Of a stretch of DNA of 64,000 nt, positions 1 to 9,404 are shown in pieces (within the stretch, counting starts at the first letter, position 1; every line of letters begins with the position of its first letter). Position numbers and translations under genes: made by a program. Source of the DNA: Desulfobulbaceae bacterium (GTDB taxonomy: Bacteria; Desulfobacterota; Desulfobulbia; Desulfobulbales; Desulfobulbaceae); the NCBI GenBank assembly GCA_015486315.1, contig WFRY01000466.1:7864-71863 (forward strand), written 5' to 3'. The notes under the pieces are model-generated. The model searched no databases and was not told the DNA's origin. It saw only the letters and a list, made by a program, of their open reading frames with translations.

Positions 1-283
1 GAAGAGCAATATATTTTTTTTCCACCCGGCGTTCGGCAAATTGCTTACTGAGAATACGATGTGCCTCTCCAGTAAAGGCCATGACCATCAGGCCGGAGGT
101 TGCCATATCCAGCCGGTGCACCGAGGGCTGGTTGATATGAATCGGAAATATTGTTTTTAAGCGATTAACCGCGCAGTCTTGTCTGTCAGGTCCCCGTCCT
201 GGTACAGCAAGCAATCCGCCAGGTTTCTCAATCACTGCCAGGTGTGCATCCGCATATACTATAACCAGTTCCTGCTGCGACAT
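1..283 (-). CDS. RluA-family pseudouridine synthase, N-terminal part only (gene runs off the left edge)
   Basis: Minus-strand translation from ATG at 283 reads MSQQELVIVYADAHLAVIEKPGGLLAVPGRG...SVHRLDMATSGLMVMAF. It contains the HRLD catalytic-Asp motif. An ATGA start/stop overlap joins it to the upstream ORF. Confidence 0.85.
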   Translation of the reverse strand, partial: MSQQELVIVYADAHLAVIEKPGGLLAVPGRGPDRQDCAVNRLKTIFPIHINQPSVHRLDMATSGLMVMAFTGEAHRILSKQFAERRVEKKYIAL

Positions 284-1059
284 CACCGTCTCCTTTCCTT
301 GAGACCGCAGAGCATAAATCCGAGGATCGGGTAGCATTTTCCACGACAGGAGGAATAAAATCCGCCATGTTGACGGGAACCGGAGGCTGTTGCCCTGCCC
401 CAGTAGAACTCGGCTATCCCATGGGGAGTAAGACCATGTCGGGCTGCATACTGGAGCAGCTTCGGTCCGCAACAGTCACCGGTACCGGTGGGAATGCCCA
501 TATCCGGTGGAAAAATTTCCTCCAGTCCGGCAACCTGTCCACAAAAATTCTTCAGCCGGTAGAGAGCATGAATATCAACCATCAGCCGACGGGACATATT
601 CCTCCTCAGTACAGTTAACTCTTCTCTCTGCCGTGATCCGGGTTCCCAAGCATCAATTTGTCGGCCCAGTGCCTTGATTTTTCGTTCTTCATCATCATGG
701 ACCATGCGAAAACCATCCGGATCAAACATTGGACCTACCCAGCCGGGTATCTCCCAGAAGCCGTTATACTGCCCGGAAAATGCCCGCAGGGTAACAATTT
801 TTCCTGCCTGAGTTGCAGCAACCATGACACCGAACATCTTTCCCCGGGCAGGGCCGAAGAGGTAGTCGGTGGAAAAACGGGCATCCGCCTCCTCTGCCGG
901 CAGATGCAGATCAATGCGCCCTTCAGCCTGCAGTTCAGCCATCAGGACGTGACTTGCCTGATATGCCGCTCCGGCTGGTAACTGATGTTCGCGTCCGCAC
1001 TGACGACAAAAACCAAGGCAGCAGGTCTCACAGCTGTTTAGCTCCTGATATTGCTGCAT
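283..1059 (-). CDS. Cys-rich conserved protein of unknown function, translationally coupled to the RluA-like gene
   Basis: 258-aa ORF with CETCC..C..C near the N-terminus, GKMFGVMV..LRAFSG in the middle and GDCCGPK..C..C near the C-terminus. From memory, this module is fused to the N-terminus of long RluA-family proteins in other bacteria. Confidence 0.6.
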   Translation of the reverse strand: MQQYQELNSCETCCLGFCRQCGREHQLPAGAAYQASHVLMAELQAEGRIDLHLPAEEADARFSTDYLFGPARGKMFGVMVAATQAGKIVTLRAFSGQYNGFWEIPGWVGPMFDPDGFRMVHDDEERKIKALGRQIDAWEPGSRQREELTVLRRNMSRRLMVDIHALYRLKNFCGQVAGLEEIFPPDMGIPTGTGDCCGPKLLQYAARHGLTPHGIAEFYWGRATASGSRQHGGFYSSCRGKCYPILGFMLCGLKERRR

Positions 1060-1157
1060 AAGTTAAGACCTTTCAAAAAGCAGACCTGGCGACAGGGCAG
1101 GCGGTTCAAGCTCTCCCGTCCTTTCACTGCCTGGTCCCTTTTTCCTTTTCCCTTTGC

Positions 1158-2090
1158 TCATTGTGCAGTAGTATCCTGACTCAGAAAAACACCACCAAAA
1201 ACCAGAACACAGGCAGTCAACTGCCAGCCGGTTAATCGTTCTCCCAACAGAAAAAAACCAAAAATCAGAGTCAGGACGGGAATCAGGTTGATAAAAGCTG
1301 CCGCCTGGTTGGCCGGCACGCGGCTCACACCGAAATTATACAGTCCATACGCCCCGATAGTGACAAAGGTGCCGAGGTACAGTACAGACAACAGAGCAGG
1401 TAGAGGCATACTCTCTGGAAACACCACAACAGGAAGCAGCAGAAGCGGTGCAAAAAACAACGTACCGATAAAGGCCTGCATGGCTGTTAAAAACAGAGGA
1501 GGCAAGGTCCTGCTTAACTGTTTCATTAAAATAATGTATCCTGTTGCACTGACCATGGCCAGAAACTCCAGGAAATTACCAAGCAGAGGATTCGGCGCCT
1601 GTCCGCTGACCCTGCCGGCCAGACTGAGCCATAAAGCTCCAACTGCCGCCAGGATGAAGCCTGCAACTGTCCGGCGGGTGATACGTTCGCCAAGAAACAG
1701 GCCTGAAGTCACGGCCACCAGCAGGGGAAGCATGGTGGTTATCATGGATGCCTGAGAGGCCGTGGTCCGCTGCAGGGCAGCTGCTTCAAAGAGAAAGTAA
1801 AGACAGGGTTCACAAAACCCCATTACCACCAGGGGGAGAATATGCTTCCGGGTGAGAGGCAGCCTGGAAAATGCCGGTATAAAGGGCAGAAAACACAAAG
1901 CGGCAACAGCCATCCGGCCAAAGATGACAATCAGAGGACTGAAATAACCAAAGGCGTATTTCATTGCCACAAAAGAACTGCCCCAGAGTACCATGGCTGC
2001 CAGCAGGGCAAGGGTTGAAACAATACGCTCACTGCCGGCCGGACCAGGCGGAATAAAACCGGAACAAAATCCAACTCCATTATATTTCAT
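1158..2090 (-). CDS. EamA/DMT-family transporter
   Basis: About 10 predicted TM helices with two EamA-like halves (WGSSFVAMKYAF...; LGERLTGWQL). I moved the start to the ATG at 2090 (MKYNGVG...) because the 413-aa ORF extension overlaps the divergent gene. Confidence 0.8.
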   Translation of the reverse strand: MKYNGVGFCSGFIPPGPAGSERIVSTLALLAAMVLWGSSFVAMKYAFGYFSPLIVIFGRMAVAALCFLPFIPAFSRLPLTRKHILPLVVMGFCEPCLYFLFEAAALQRTTASQASMITTMLPLLVAVTSGLFLGERITRRTVAGFILAAVGALWLSLAGRVSGQAPNPLLGNFLEFLAMVSATGYIILMKQLSRTLPPLFLTAMQAFIGTLFFAPLLLLPVVVFPESMPLPALLSVLYLGTFVTIGAYGLYNFGVSRVPANQAAAFINLIPVLTLIFGFFLLGERLTGWQLTACVLVFGGVFLSQDTTAQ

Positions 2091-2108
2091 CAACACATCA
2101 TATCTCCC

Positions 2109-4580
2109 ATGTATAAATTGCGCAAATATATCATGGCCGTACCACTTGGCCTGCTCATAGTATTTCTGCTCCACCTGCCGGCTGAGGCCGGAACAAATCC
2201 CGGCAATGCCAGCTGGCGGAAAACAGTTGAAGCCTTTATCCAAATTCCCTGCATGAACTGCGAGCAGGTAGATTACGGCAAGGAAATAATACGGGGACTC
2301 GATTACAACTCCCAGCGTATTTTTCGTAAGATGAGCCTCATGGAGGGAGCAACGTTTAAAGGTAGTGCAAAAGCATGGGAGGATCTGATCCGCCTGCACC
2401 TCTCCTATGAGCAGATGCTCACCTTTGAGGACTGGGCTGACCTGGGGGGAGCGAGCATGGAACTTGCCATCAGCGCATTACCTGAGATAAAAAGTCTCAA
2501 CTATGAGGCGGGAAAGTCTTTTCGTGCCTACCTGGCGCTTGAGGGCATCAAACCCAACTTTGCTCTGAAGACGATCCCCCTGCTCACCCGGTTTGATGAT
2601 GCCAACAACCGGGCTGTACAGAGTTTTTTTGCCGTCGGCAACATGAACGCCCAGGAGGCACTTAACAGTCTTACAGTGATAGGCAGACTGTCAAGCAAAC
2701 AGGCCTGGGCCTGTAATGCACTCGCCCGGGTCAAGGGTATGAACCGTGAAACCATGCTGGACGCCCTGCCCCTTATCCACCAGCTTCGCGATGATGATGC
2801 CTGGAATGCCCACAGCCTGTATAAGCAGGACGGGATGACAAGGGAAGCAGCCTGGAACTGGCTGGTAAGCTATTTTGCCACCCCGCCTCCGGTACAGGAA
2901 GCACAGTATTACCGGCAGGATGAAGCTGGACGAGAGCGTTTGTTACGTGCCTTTTACGATGGTGGCGAAGAACTGATCTGGAAAATAAACAATCTGCACG
3001 CAGTTACCGATCGCTTTGGCTTTGAAATTTCCGATGCCCAGCTGCACCGGATGCCGAAAAAAGAATTATACGACCGTTTCAAGCGACTCTCCCAGGAAAC
3101 GCAATACAGATACGGCAAACGATTTTACCCCGCCTACCGGGCAGGAAACAAAGCTGCGATGACCGGCCTGCTCCGTCAGGCCACTGCCGCTGACCGCAAA
3201 CAGGTGGCGGAAGATCTCACATCAGCAAATATCTACGCCCTGCTCTCCCAGGGCAGTGAACTGTATGACTCCTCATTCCGTGATATCCTGGTGCCGATTC
3301 TAAAAGATAGAATCAAGGAAAACCACAAGGACAACCTGCTGGACTTTATCAAGGCCATTGATCCTGATAACCTGCTGGTATCAAACTTTATCGTCAGCCT
3401 TGCCCAAAAAGGAAAACTGACCACCTTTTTCCCGGAAAACTCCGACGAGCAGCAACAGATCCTGGAACTGGTTGCGGCATCTGCTTTCAAGGATGAAGAC
3501 ACGATTCTCCTCTTTTCCGCGACCTTCAAGCACCTGCTGACGGTTCTTGAACCCGAAGCCAGGAGTTTCCTGATCTACAAAATGGTCACGGAGGCAGACA
3601 AGGGCACTTGTACATTTTCCACACTTATCACAGTTATCCTGCAATATTACCTCCAGGAATATCCCGAACTTCTCGGAACCCGTGACCGGGTACTCATTAC
3701 CAGAGCCATTATCCGGTTCGGTGCCGTTGACCTGGACCGTTACCTGGTCACTCCTTTTGCCGAATGGAAGGCGGATGGTCGATTAGGTTCAATTTCCGTA
3801 TTTCATCCCGACGATGACGGACGGAAATCATTTATCTCCAACAGCCGTACCCTGCTCAAAAACGGCTACAGGATGATCCTGGCCGAACAGTACACCGTCG
3901 CCTTTCTAACCCCGGCTGCACGCAGTCAGGCCACATCCATGATTGCCGGGGCAGGAAAAAATCCGGCCAATCTGTCGGCTCTCTTTTCCGCCATGCAGCG
4001 CCAACAGTTTGCCGTGGCCTTTGTCAAACAGATTAACGGGATCACAATCCGCCACTCTACCTATGTCTATGTCGGAGAAAAGGAGCAGCAGCAGTTACTC
4101 AGACGATTCCTGCAGGGCGGCGATGAAATGTTTGCCCAGCGTGGTCACTCATACTGGCGCTCGGAGCAGATAACCGATCCCCTGACGGAGTTGAAACGGG
4201 AACGAATAATTACCGATCAGGATCTAACCGCAAAACAGCGCTTCCTGAGCCTTGGTTCCTGTGGTGGAGTAAAGGCCTATACCAGGCTGACCAAAATGTT
4301 TCTGGGCCATGTTGATATCCTGGCCACCATCGGCACGGGCATGGCCATCATCAACGACCCGTACAATAAAAACTTTTTCGAGGTAGTTGCCAAAAATCCT
4401 GCCACCATAACCTGGAAGGACATGGCTGATAAATCAGCCTTTATCTTTGCCGGAGGCCGGGGGCGTGACTACCTGCAGCCCGGCTCTCTGACCGCCATTC
4501 TGCATAAAATCCTGGATGAACAACAGAAAAAGAATAAAGATAAGGCACCGGGGACGGCCTGCCCGAACAGTCGACGATAA
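2109..4580 (+). CDS. Large secreted protein of unknown function (823 aa)
   Basis: The N-terminus has a signal-peptide-like segment (MAVPLGLLIVFLLHLPAEA). The ORF is long and uninterrupted. I recognise no family, but the C-terminal region has RGHSYW ... LSLGSCGG, a possible His/Cys dyad. Confidence 0.7.
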   Translation: MYKLRKYIMAVPLGLLIVFLLHLPAEAGTNPGNASWRKTVEAFIQIPCMNCEQVDYGKEIIRGLDYNSQRIFRKMSLMEGATFKGSAKAWEDLIRLHLSYEQMLTFEDWADLGGASMELAISALPEIKSLNYEAGKSFRAYLALEGIKPNFALKTIPLLTRFDDANNRAVQSFFAVGNMNAQEALNSLTVIGRLSSKQAWACNALARVKGMNRETMLDALPLIHQLRDDDAWNAHSLYKQDGMTREAAWNWLVSYFATPPPVQEAQYYRQDEAGRERLLRAFYDGGEELIWKINNLHAVTDRFGFEISDAQLHRMPKKELYDRFKRLSQETQYRYGKRFYPAYRAGNKAAMTGLLRQATAADRKQVAEDLTSANIYALLSQGSELYDSSFRDILVPILKDRIKENHKDNLLDFIKAIDPDNLLVSNFIVSLAQKGKLTTFFPENSDEQQQILELVAASAFKDEDTILLFSATFKHLLTVLEPEARSFLIYKMVTEADKGTCTFSTLITVILQYYLQEYPELLGTRDRVLITRAIIRFGAVDLDRYLVTPFAEWKADGRLGSISVFHPDDDGRKSFISNSRTLLKNGYRMILAEQYTVAFLTPAARSQATSMIAGAGKNPANLSALFSAMQRQQFAVAFVKQINGITIRHSTYVYVGEKEQQQLLRRFLQGGDEMFAQRGHSYWRSEQITDPLTELKRERIITDQDLTAKQRFLSLGSCGGVKAYTRLTKMFLGHVDILATIGTGMAIINDPYNKNFFEVVAKNPATITWKDMADKSAFIFAGGRGRDYLQPGSLTAILHKILDEQQKKNKDKAPGTACPNSRR

Positions 4581-4724
4581 CTCAGGGCAGGGTTTTCCTT
4601 TCAGGGGTCAGGGTTCCAGGCCCTGAAAGCCTGGTACACTATTATCGTGCGATAATATTATCAGCATCGGGATACCCTGGTAAGCCGTTACAAATTTCAA
4701 TCAAGAATCATTAAACCGTATCCC

Positions 4725-6122
4725 ATGCCTGTCTACGAGCGCAATAAAATTACCAGCCTGATCAAGGAGATCAAGGCCGGGACAATCCAACCTGTATACC
4801 TGCTCTTTGGCGATCGCTTTCTCTGTCAACAGACAGCGGATCGTCTCAGCGAGGCTCTCTGTGCAGACGGCGGCACTGTACACAGCATTGACGGCGACAA
4901 TGAAGACAGCAACGCCACGCTCTCCAAGCTGCGCAGTTTCAGCCTCCTGCCGGGCAGACAGATATTCCGGGTCAACGGCACCCGCCTGTTTCACTCAAAA
5001 AAAGTGGCTAAATCCCTCTGGAACAAGGCGGTGAAGAACAGGGTTGACAAGCCGGACAGGGCTGCCGCTTATCTGCAGGCCATGATGGGGGCCGGTGGCC
5101 TGGACAGCAGTGATCCGGCAAATGATCCCGGGAGCCTTTCCCGGAGCCAGTGGAAAAAATGTTTCGGTTTTGCCAAACCCACGGAAAAAACGGACTGGAC
5201 ATTGAAGATACTCGCCGACTCAGGCGGGACAGCATCTGCGGCCCCACCTGCTTCCGCCGGAGACCCGGCGGAGCTGCTACAGGCAGTGCTGGAAACAGGA
5301 CTCCCTGCAGCTAACATTCTCATGCTGCTCGCTGAAGAGGTAGACAAACGAAAAAAACTGTTTAAATTTTTTAAAAAAAATTTTGCGGTTATCGACCTGA
5401 AGGTGGACAGCGGCTCAAGTTTCCAGGCAAAAAAAGGGCAGCAGGCTGTACTTCAAGAACAGGTTACCCGTGTCCTCAACAAAATGGGCAAGACTATGGC
5501 ACCCAACGTTGCCGGACAACTGTTTGAACGGGTCGGTTTCCACCCACTGGCAGTTGTTGTTGAAACGGAAAAGGTGGCCCTGTATGCCGGCGAGGCAACA
5601 GAAATTACCATGGCGGATCTCAATGCCGTGGTTGGACGTACCCGCCAGGAAGCATTGTTTGAGCTGACCCAGGCCATTGGCGAAAAAAATCTGGTCCAGG
5701 CCTTGCTGATTGGCTCCCGGTTACAGGAAAACATTCATGGTCTGGCAATTCTGGCAACGCTGCGCAACTATACGAGGACATTACTGCTCTTTCGCTGCCT
5801 GCAGGAGCAGGAAAAATACGGCGTTCAGGCAAACATGCCTGCAAAACTTTTCCAGCAGCAATGCCTGCCGGCCCTGCAGAAGAACGAACGATGGAAAAAA
5901 GAGCTGTCAGGACACCCCTTTGCGGTCTACATGCAGTTTAAAACCGCTTCCGCCTTTCCGCTTGCCAGGCTGAAAACCTGGCTGGGCGCCATCCTGGCGG
6001 CTGAGATGCGGCTGAAGGGTTCATCCATTGATGCTGAGACGGTATTACAACATCTTATCCTTTCCATGCTGGCACCGGACAGGAAAGGAAACTTGCAAAA
6101 TCGGCATGGCGCATTACATTAA
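4725..6122 (+). CDS. holA: DNA polymerase III subunit delta
   Basis: The N-terminus (IQPVYLLFGDRFL) and the C-terminal helical domains (EALFELTQAIGEKNLVQAL) are typical of HolA. The protein is about 100 aa longer than usual because of a low-complexity insert. Confidence 0.8.
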   Translation: MPVYERNKITSLIKEIKAGTIQPVYLLFGDRFLCQQTADRLSEALCADGGTVHSIDGDNEDSNATLSKLRSFSLLPGRQIFRVNGTRLFHSKKVAKSLWNKAVKNRVDKPDRAAAYLQAMMGAGGLDSSDPANDPGSLSRSQWKKCFGFAKPTEKTDWTLKILADSGGTASAAPPASAGDPAELLQAVLETGLPAANILMLLAEEVDKRKKLFKFFKKNFAVIDLKVDSGSSFQAKKGQQAVLQEQVTRVLNKMGKTMAPNVAGQLFERVGFHPLAVVVETEKVALYAGEATEITMADLNAVVGRTRQEALFELTQAIGEKNLVQALLIGSRLQENIHGLAILATLRNYTRTLLLFRCLQEQEKYGVQANMPAKLFQQQCLPALQKNERWKKELSGHPFAVYMQFKTASAFPLARLKTWLGAILAAEMRLKGSSIDAETVLQHLILSMLAPDRKGNLQNRHGALH

Positions 6123-6329
6123 TAGTAGTTTAAATGTAACGACTCACCCCTCAGCCTCTTGATGCGGGAAAACCTCAGGACGGTACCTGATTACAGGGTG
6201 CCGCAGATTTTTACAGCCGGCCTGGTGAAGTGTATGAATCATATGTGAACCAGACCGGCTGCGGAAAGATTCGGTGCCGGCTAAGTAGTTACGTTTAAAT
6301 CTGTCATAACAAAACCAAATTGTAACAGT

Positions 6330-6647
6330 ATGGGAAAAACAAAATCCGATCATCATCAGGAGACATTGACCAAATCCAGGGAAGACCTGCAGGAGCCCCC
6401 CCTGTTCAAGGTACTTCTCCATAATGATGATTACACAACAATGGATTTCGTGGTCACGGTGCTTGAAAACGTTTTTGGTAAAGACACGACCGAGGCAACT
6501 CGAATCATGCTCAATGTCCATCATCAGGGGCATGGCGTTGCCGGTGTCTACACCCGCGAAATCGGGGAAACCAAGGTGGCAGTGGTCCACCGGATGGCTC
6601 GAAAAAACCAATTTCCGCTTAAATGTTCATTGGAAAAAGTAAACTGA
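6330..6647 (+). CDS. clpS: ATP-dependent Clp protease adaptor ClpS
   Basis: PPLFKVLLHNDDYTTMDFVVTVLENVF...ATRIMLNVHHQGHGV is the canonical ClpS core. The gene lies directly upstream of clpA. Confidence 0.95.
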   Translation: MGKTKSDHHQETLTKSREDLQEPPLFKVLLHNDDYTTMDFVVTVLENVFGKDTTEATRIMLNVHHQGHGVAGVYTREIGETKVAVVHRMARKNQFPLKCSLEKVN

Positions 6648-6672
6648 ACCTTCCTCTGCGAGGAGAGATCAT

Positions 6673-8940
6673 ATGTTAAGTAGAGAGTTAGAACTGGCCC
6701 TGATCAAGGCCATTAAAGAGGCAAAAGTCAAAAAACATGAGTATGTGACGGTCGAGCACATGCTGTGGGGGTTGCTGCATGATGATCTGGCAACCCATAT
6801 CATTGATAAATGCGGCGGCAATCATGACACTATCCGGGAACGGCTTGAACGCTTTTTTGCCGGCGGCATGCCCATCCTGAAAGAAGGAGAAGGTGAACCG
6901 GCTCAGACCGTTGCCTTTAACCGGGTACTGCAGCGGGCAGTCAACCATGTCCAGAGTTGCGGCAAAAAACAAGTCGATACCGGTGACGTACTGGTTTCAA
7001 TATTTGCCGAACCCGATTCCCACGCAGTATATTTTCTCGGCAGCGAAGGGGTCGGCAGGATGGAGGTTGTTGAATACATCTCCCATAATCTGCCCGATAA
7101 TCTGCAGAGGGAGCCGCTGCGCAGCCCGCAGCCGGCACCGGGAAAACAGAAGAAAAAACAGAAAGAAGATGCCCTGGCAAAATTCACGGTCAACTTTGCT
7201 GTCCGGGCCGAAAAAGGCGGCATCGATCCCCTGATCGGTCGGGACAGTGAAATTGAGCGGATGATGCAGGTCCTCTGCCGACGCCGGAAAAACAATCCCC
7301 TGCTGGTGGGGGAACCAGGCGTGGGAAAAACCGCCATGGCCGAGGGCCTGGCCCTGCGTATCCATGAGGATGGAGTAACCAGAAAATCAGACAAACCTGA
7401 TGAAGAAATGCTGGTACCCGACCTGCTGCAGGGAACCGAGATCTACATGCTGGATATGGGAATGCTGGTTGCCGGTACTAAGTATCGAGGTGATTTTGAA
7501 AAGCGGCTCAAGGGCGTGGTGGCCGCCATTGAAAAAAAGGATAATGCCATTCTTTTTATCGACGAGATGCACACCATTGTCGGTGCCGGGGCCACCAGCG
7601 GCGGCTCCATGGATGCCTCCAACCTGTTGAAACCGGCGCTGCAGGCCGGCACAATTCGCTGTATCGGTTCTACAACCTATGAAGAGTATAAAAATCACAT
7701 AGAAAAGGATCGTGCCCTGTCGCGCCGATTCCAGAAAATCGACATTGAAGAACCGTCCGTGCAGGACACTTGTGCCATTCTTAAAGGCCTGCAGTCCCGT
7801 TACGAAGAGCATCACCAGGTTCACTATTCCAAAGCGGCCATCCAGACGACGGCGGAACTGGCCAACCGGTATATTAACGACCGTTTTCTGCCGGATAAGG
7901 CCATTGATGTGATGGACGAGGTGGGCGCATCTTTTCGCCTGGCCGGCAAAATCGGTAAAACCGTCAGTGTACGCGATGTTGAACATACGGTCTCCAAAAT
8001 GGCCCGGGTACCGGTAACCTCAAAAACAAATAACGATCTGGAGGGGCTGGAGAAATTATCCAACACCCTGAAGTCCGTTATTTTCGGGCAGGACGAAGCC
8101 ATTGCTGCTGTTGCCCAATCGGTCAAGCGCTCTCGGGCAGGTCTGGGAAATCCGCTTTCCCCCACTGGTTCGTTCCTCTTTGCCGGTCCCACCGGGGTGG
8201 GCAAAACCGAAGTGGCCAGGCAGCTTGCTCAGGCACTGTCCATTAACTTTGAGCGCTTTGACATGAGCGAGTATATGGAAAAACATGCCGTGGCCCGTCT
8301 CATTGGTGCCCCTCCGGGTTATATTGGTTTCGACCAGGGCGGTCTGCTCACCGATGCTATCCGCAAGCATCCCTATACGGTTTTGCTCCTTGATGAAATT
8401 GAAAAGGCGCATCCCGACGTTTTTTCCATTCTGCTGCAGGTCATGGACCATTCTACGCTTACCGATAACAGCGGCAGAAAGGCGGACTTTAGAAATGTCA
8501 TCCTGATCATGACCACCAATGCCGGGGCCCGTGAAATGAGCGAGCGGTCCATCGGTTTTCTCGGTGATTCTTCGGGCAAGGAACAGAAAGCCGTCAAAAA
8601 CCTGTTCGCACCCGAATTCAGAAACCGCCTTGATGCAACCATCACCTTCCAGGCCCTGGAAATGGATGCAGTGGAAAAAGTCGTCGGCAAGATGATCGTG
8701 GAACTGCAGGCGCAGCTGGCCGAGAGGAAAATTACCATTTCCCTGACCCCGGGTGCACGTAAATGGCTGGCAGCAGAGGGATACGATCCTGCCTATGGCG
8801 CCAGGCCCATGCGACGCCTGATCATGAAAGAGATCGGCGATGTTCTCACTGAAGAAATCCTGTTCGGTAAACTGACAAAGGGCGGCAAGGTTCGCATAGG
8901 CCGTAAAAATAAACGGATGACCTTCCGCTATCCTGAATAA
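6673..8940 (+). CDS. clpA: ATP-dependent Clp protease ATP-binding subunit ClpA
   Basis: 755 aa with two AAA+ modules (GEPGVGKTA; GPTGVGKTE), a Clp N-domain and a GAGGAG RBS 6 nt upstream. Confidence 0.95.
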   Translation: MLSRELELALIKAIKEAKVKKHEYVTVEHMLWGLLHDDLATHIIDKCGGNHDTIRERLERFFAGGMPILKEGEGEPAQTVAFNRVLQRAVNHVQSCGKKQVDTGDVLVSIFAEPDSHAVYFLGSEGVGRMEVVEYISHNLPDNLQREPLRSPQPAPGKQKKKQKEDALAKFTVNFAVRAEKGGIDPLIGRDSEIERMMQVLCRRRKNNPLLVGEPGVGKTAMAEGLALRIHEDGVTRKSDKPDEEMLVPDLLQGTEIYMLDMGMLVAGTKYRGDFEKRLKGVVAAIEKKDNAILFIDEMHTIVGAGATSGGSMDASNLLKPALQAGTIRCIGSTTYEEYKNHIEKDRALSRRFQKIDIEEPSVQDTCAILKGLQSRYEEHHQVHYSKAAIQTTAELANRYINDRFLPDKAIDVMDEVGASFRLAGKIGKTVSVRDVEHTVSKMARVPVTSKTNNDLEGLEKLSNTLKSVIFGQDEAIAAVAQSVKRSRAGLGNPLSPTGSFLFAGPTGVGKTEVARQLAQALSINFERFDMSEYMEKHAVARLIGAPPGYIGFDQGGLLTDAIRKHPYTVLLLDEIEKAHPDVFSILLQVMDHSTLTDNSGRKADFRNVILIMTTNAGAREMSERSIGFLGDSSGKEQKAVKNLFAPEFRNRLDATITFQALEMDAVEKVVGKMIVELQAQLAERKITISLTPGARKWLAAEGYDPAYGARPMRRLIMKEIGDVLTEEILFGKLTKGGKVRIGRKNKRMTFRYPE

Positions 8941-8963
8941 AATTTTATCCACCTGCTTTTCTT

Positions 8964-8999
8964 CCTGTTTCAGTACCTGGTACTGAAACAGGTTTTTTT
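8964..8999 (+). terminator. Rho-independent terminator after clpA
   Basis: Perfect palindrome CCTGTTTCAGTACC/GGTACTGAAACAGG followed by TTTTTTT. Confidence 0.85.
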
Positions 9000-9404
9000 G
9001 AGGGACCATTTGCGGAAAAATTAAAAATTTTGCCCTGAATAAAAAATTAAACTCCAATCACTGCAGTTCTCCCCGTGCCCTGGCCGAACAAACATTAGCA
9101 ATCGAGATAAACCATACCGGCAACCCATTATATTTATAGCAAAAATTTAGTTATACTCATTAAAGGTTCCTGCATTCCCCCTCATGATAGACAGATCAAA
9201 ATTGTGGTACAATTTTTTTAACTTTTTTTCTGCCAACGGTTGACAAACGACTTTTAATGCGATAAAAAACAAATAATAAAGGTTTAGTTAAAAAAATTGA
9301 CTCGCATGAGATAACAAAAAAATCAGTTGAACATTTTGTTGTTTTATAAGAGAAGAAATTATTAAGAATCGGGATACATCCCAAAAAGAAGAGGAGGAAG
9401 AAGA

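Noticed and set aside
2091-2399. 103-codon N-terminal extension of the EamA transporter ORF (ORF-track start at 2399).
   Set aside because: The extension overlaps the divergent 823-aa gene by about 290 nt and has no transporter-like sequence. The internal ATG at 2090 gives a normal ~310-aa DMT protein.
8056-9057. Long antisense ORFs inside well-supported genes. Examples are 8056-9057 and 7387-7986 opposite clpA, 22110-22805 opposite thrS and 28154-28906 opposite the DUF89 gene. Others are 32684-33382 opposite argC, 52810-53625 and 53881-54489 opposite the Mo enzyme, and 45631-46311 opposite mlaA/mlaC.
   Set aside because: Each lies fully within a gene on the other strand that has unmistakable family motifs. 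The translations are low-complexity or Arg/Ser/Gly-rich with no recognisable motifs, which is typical of shadow ORFs.
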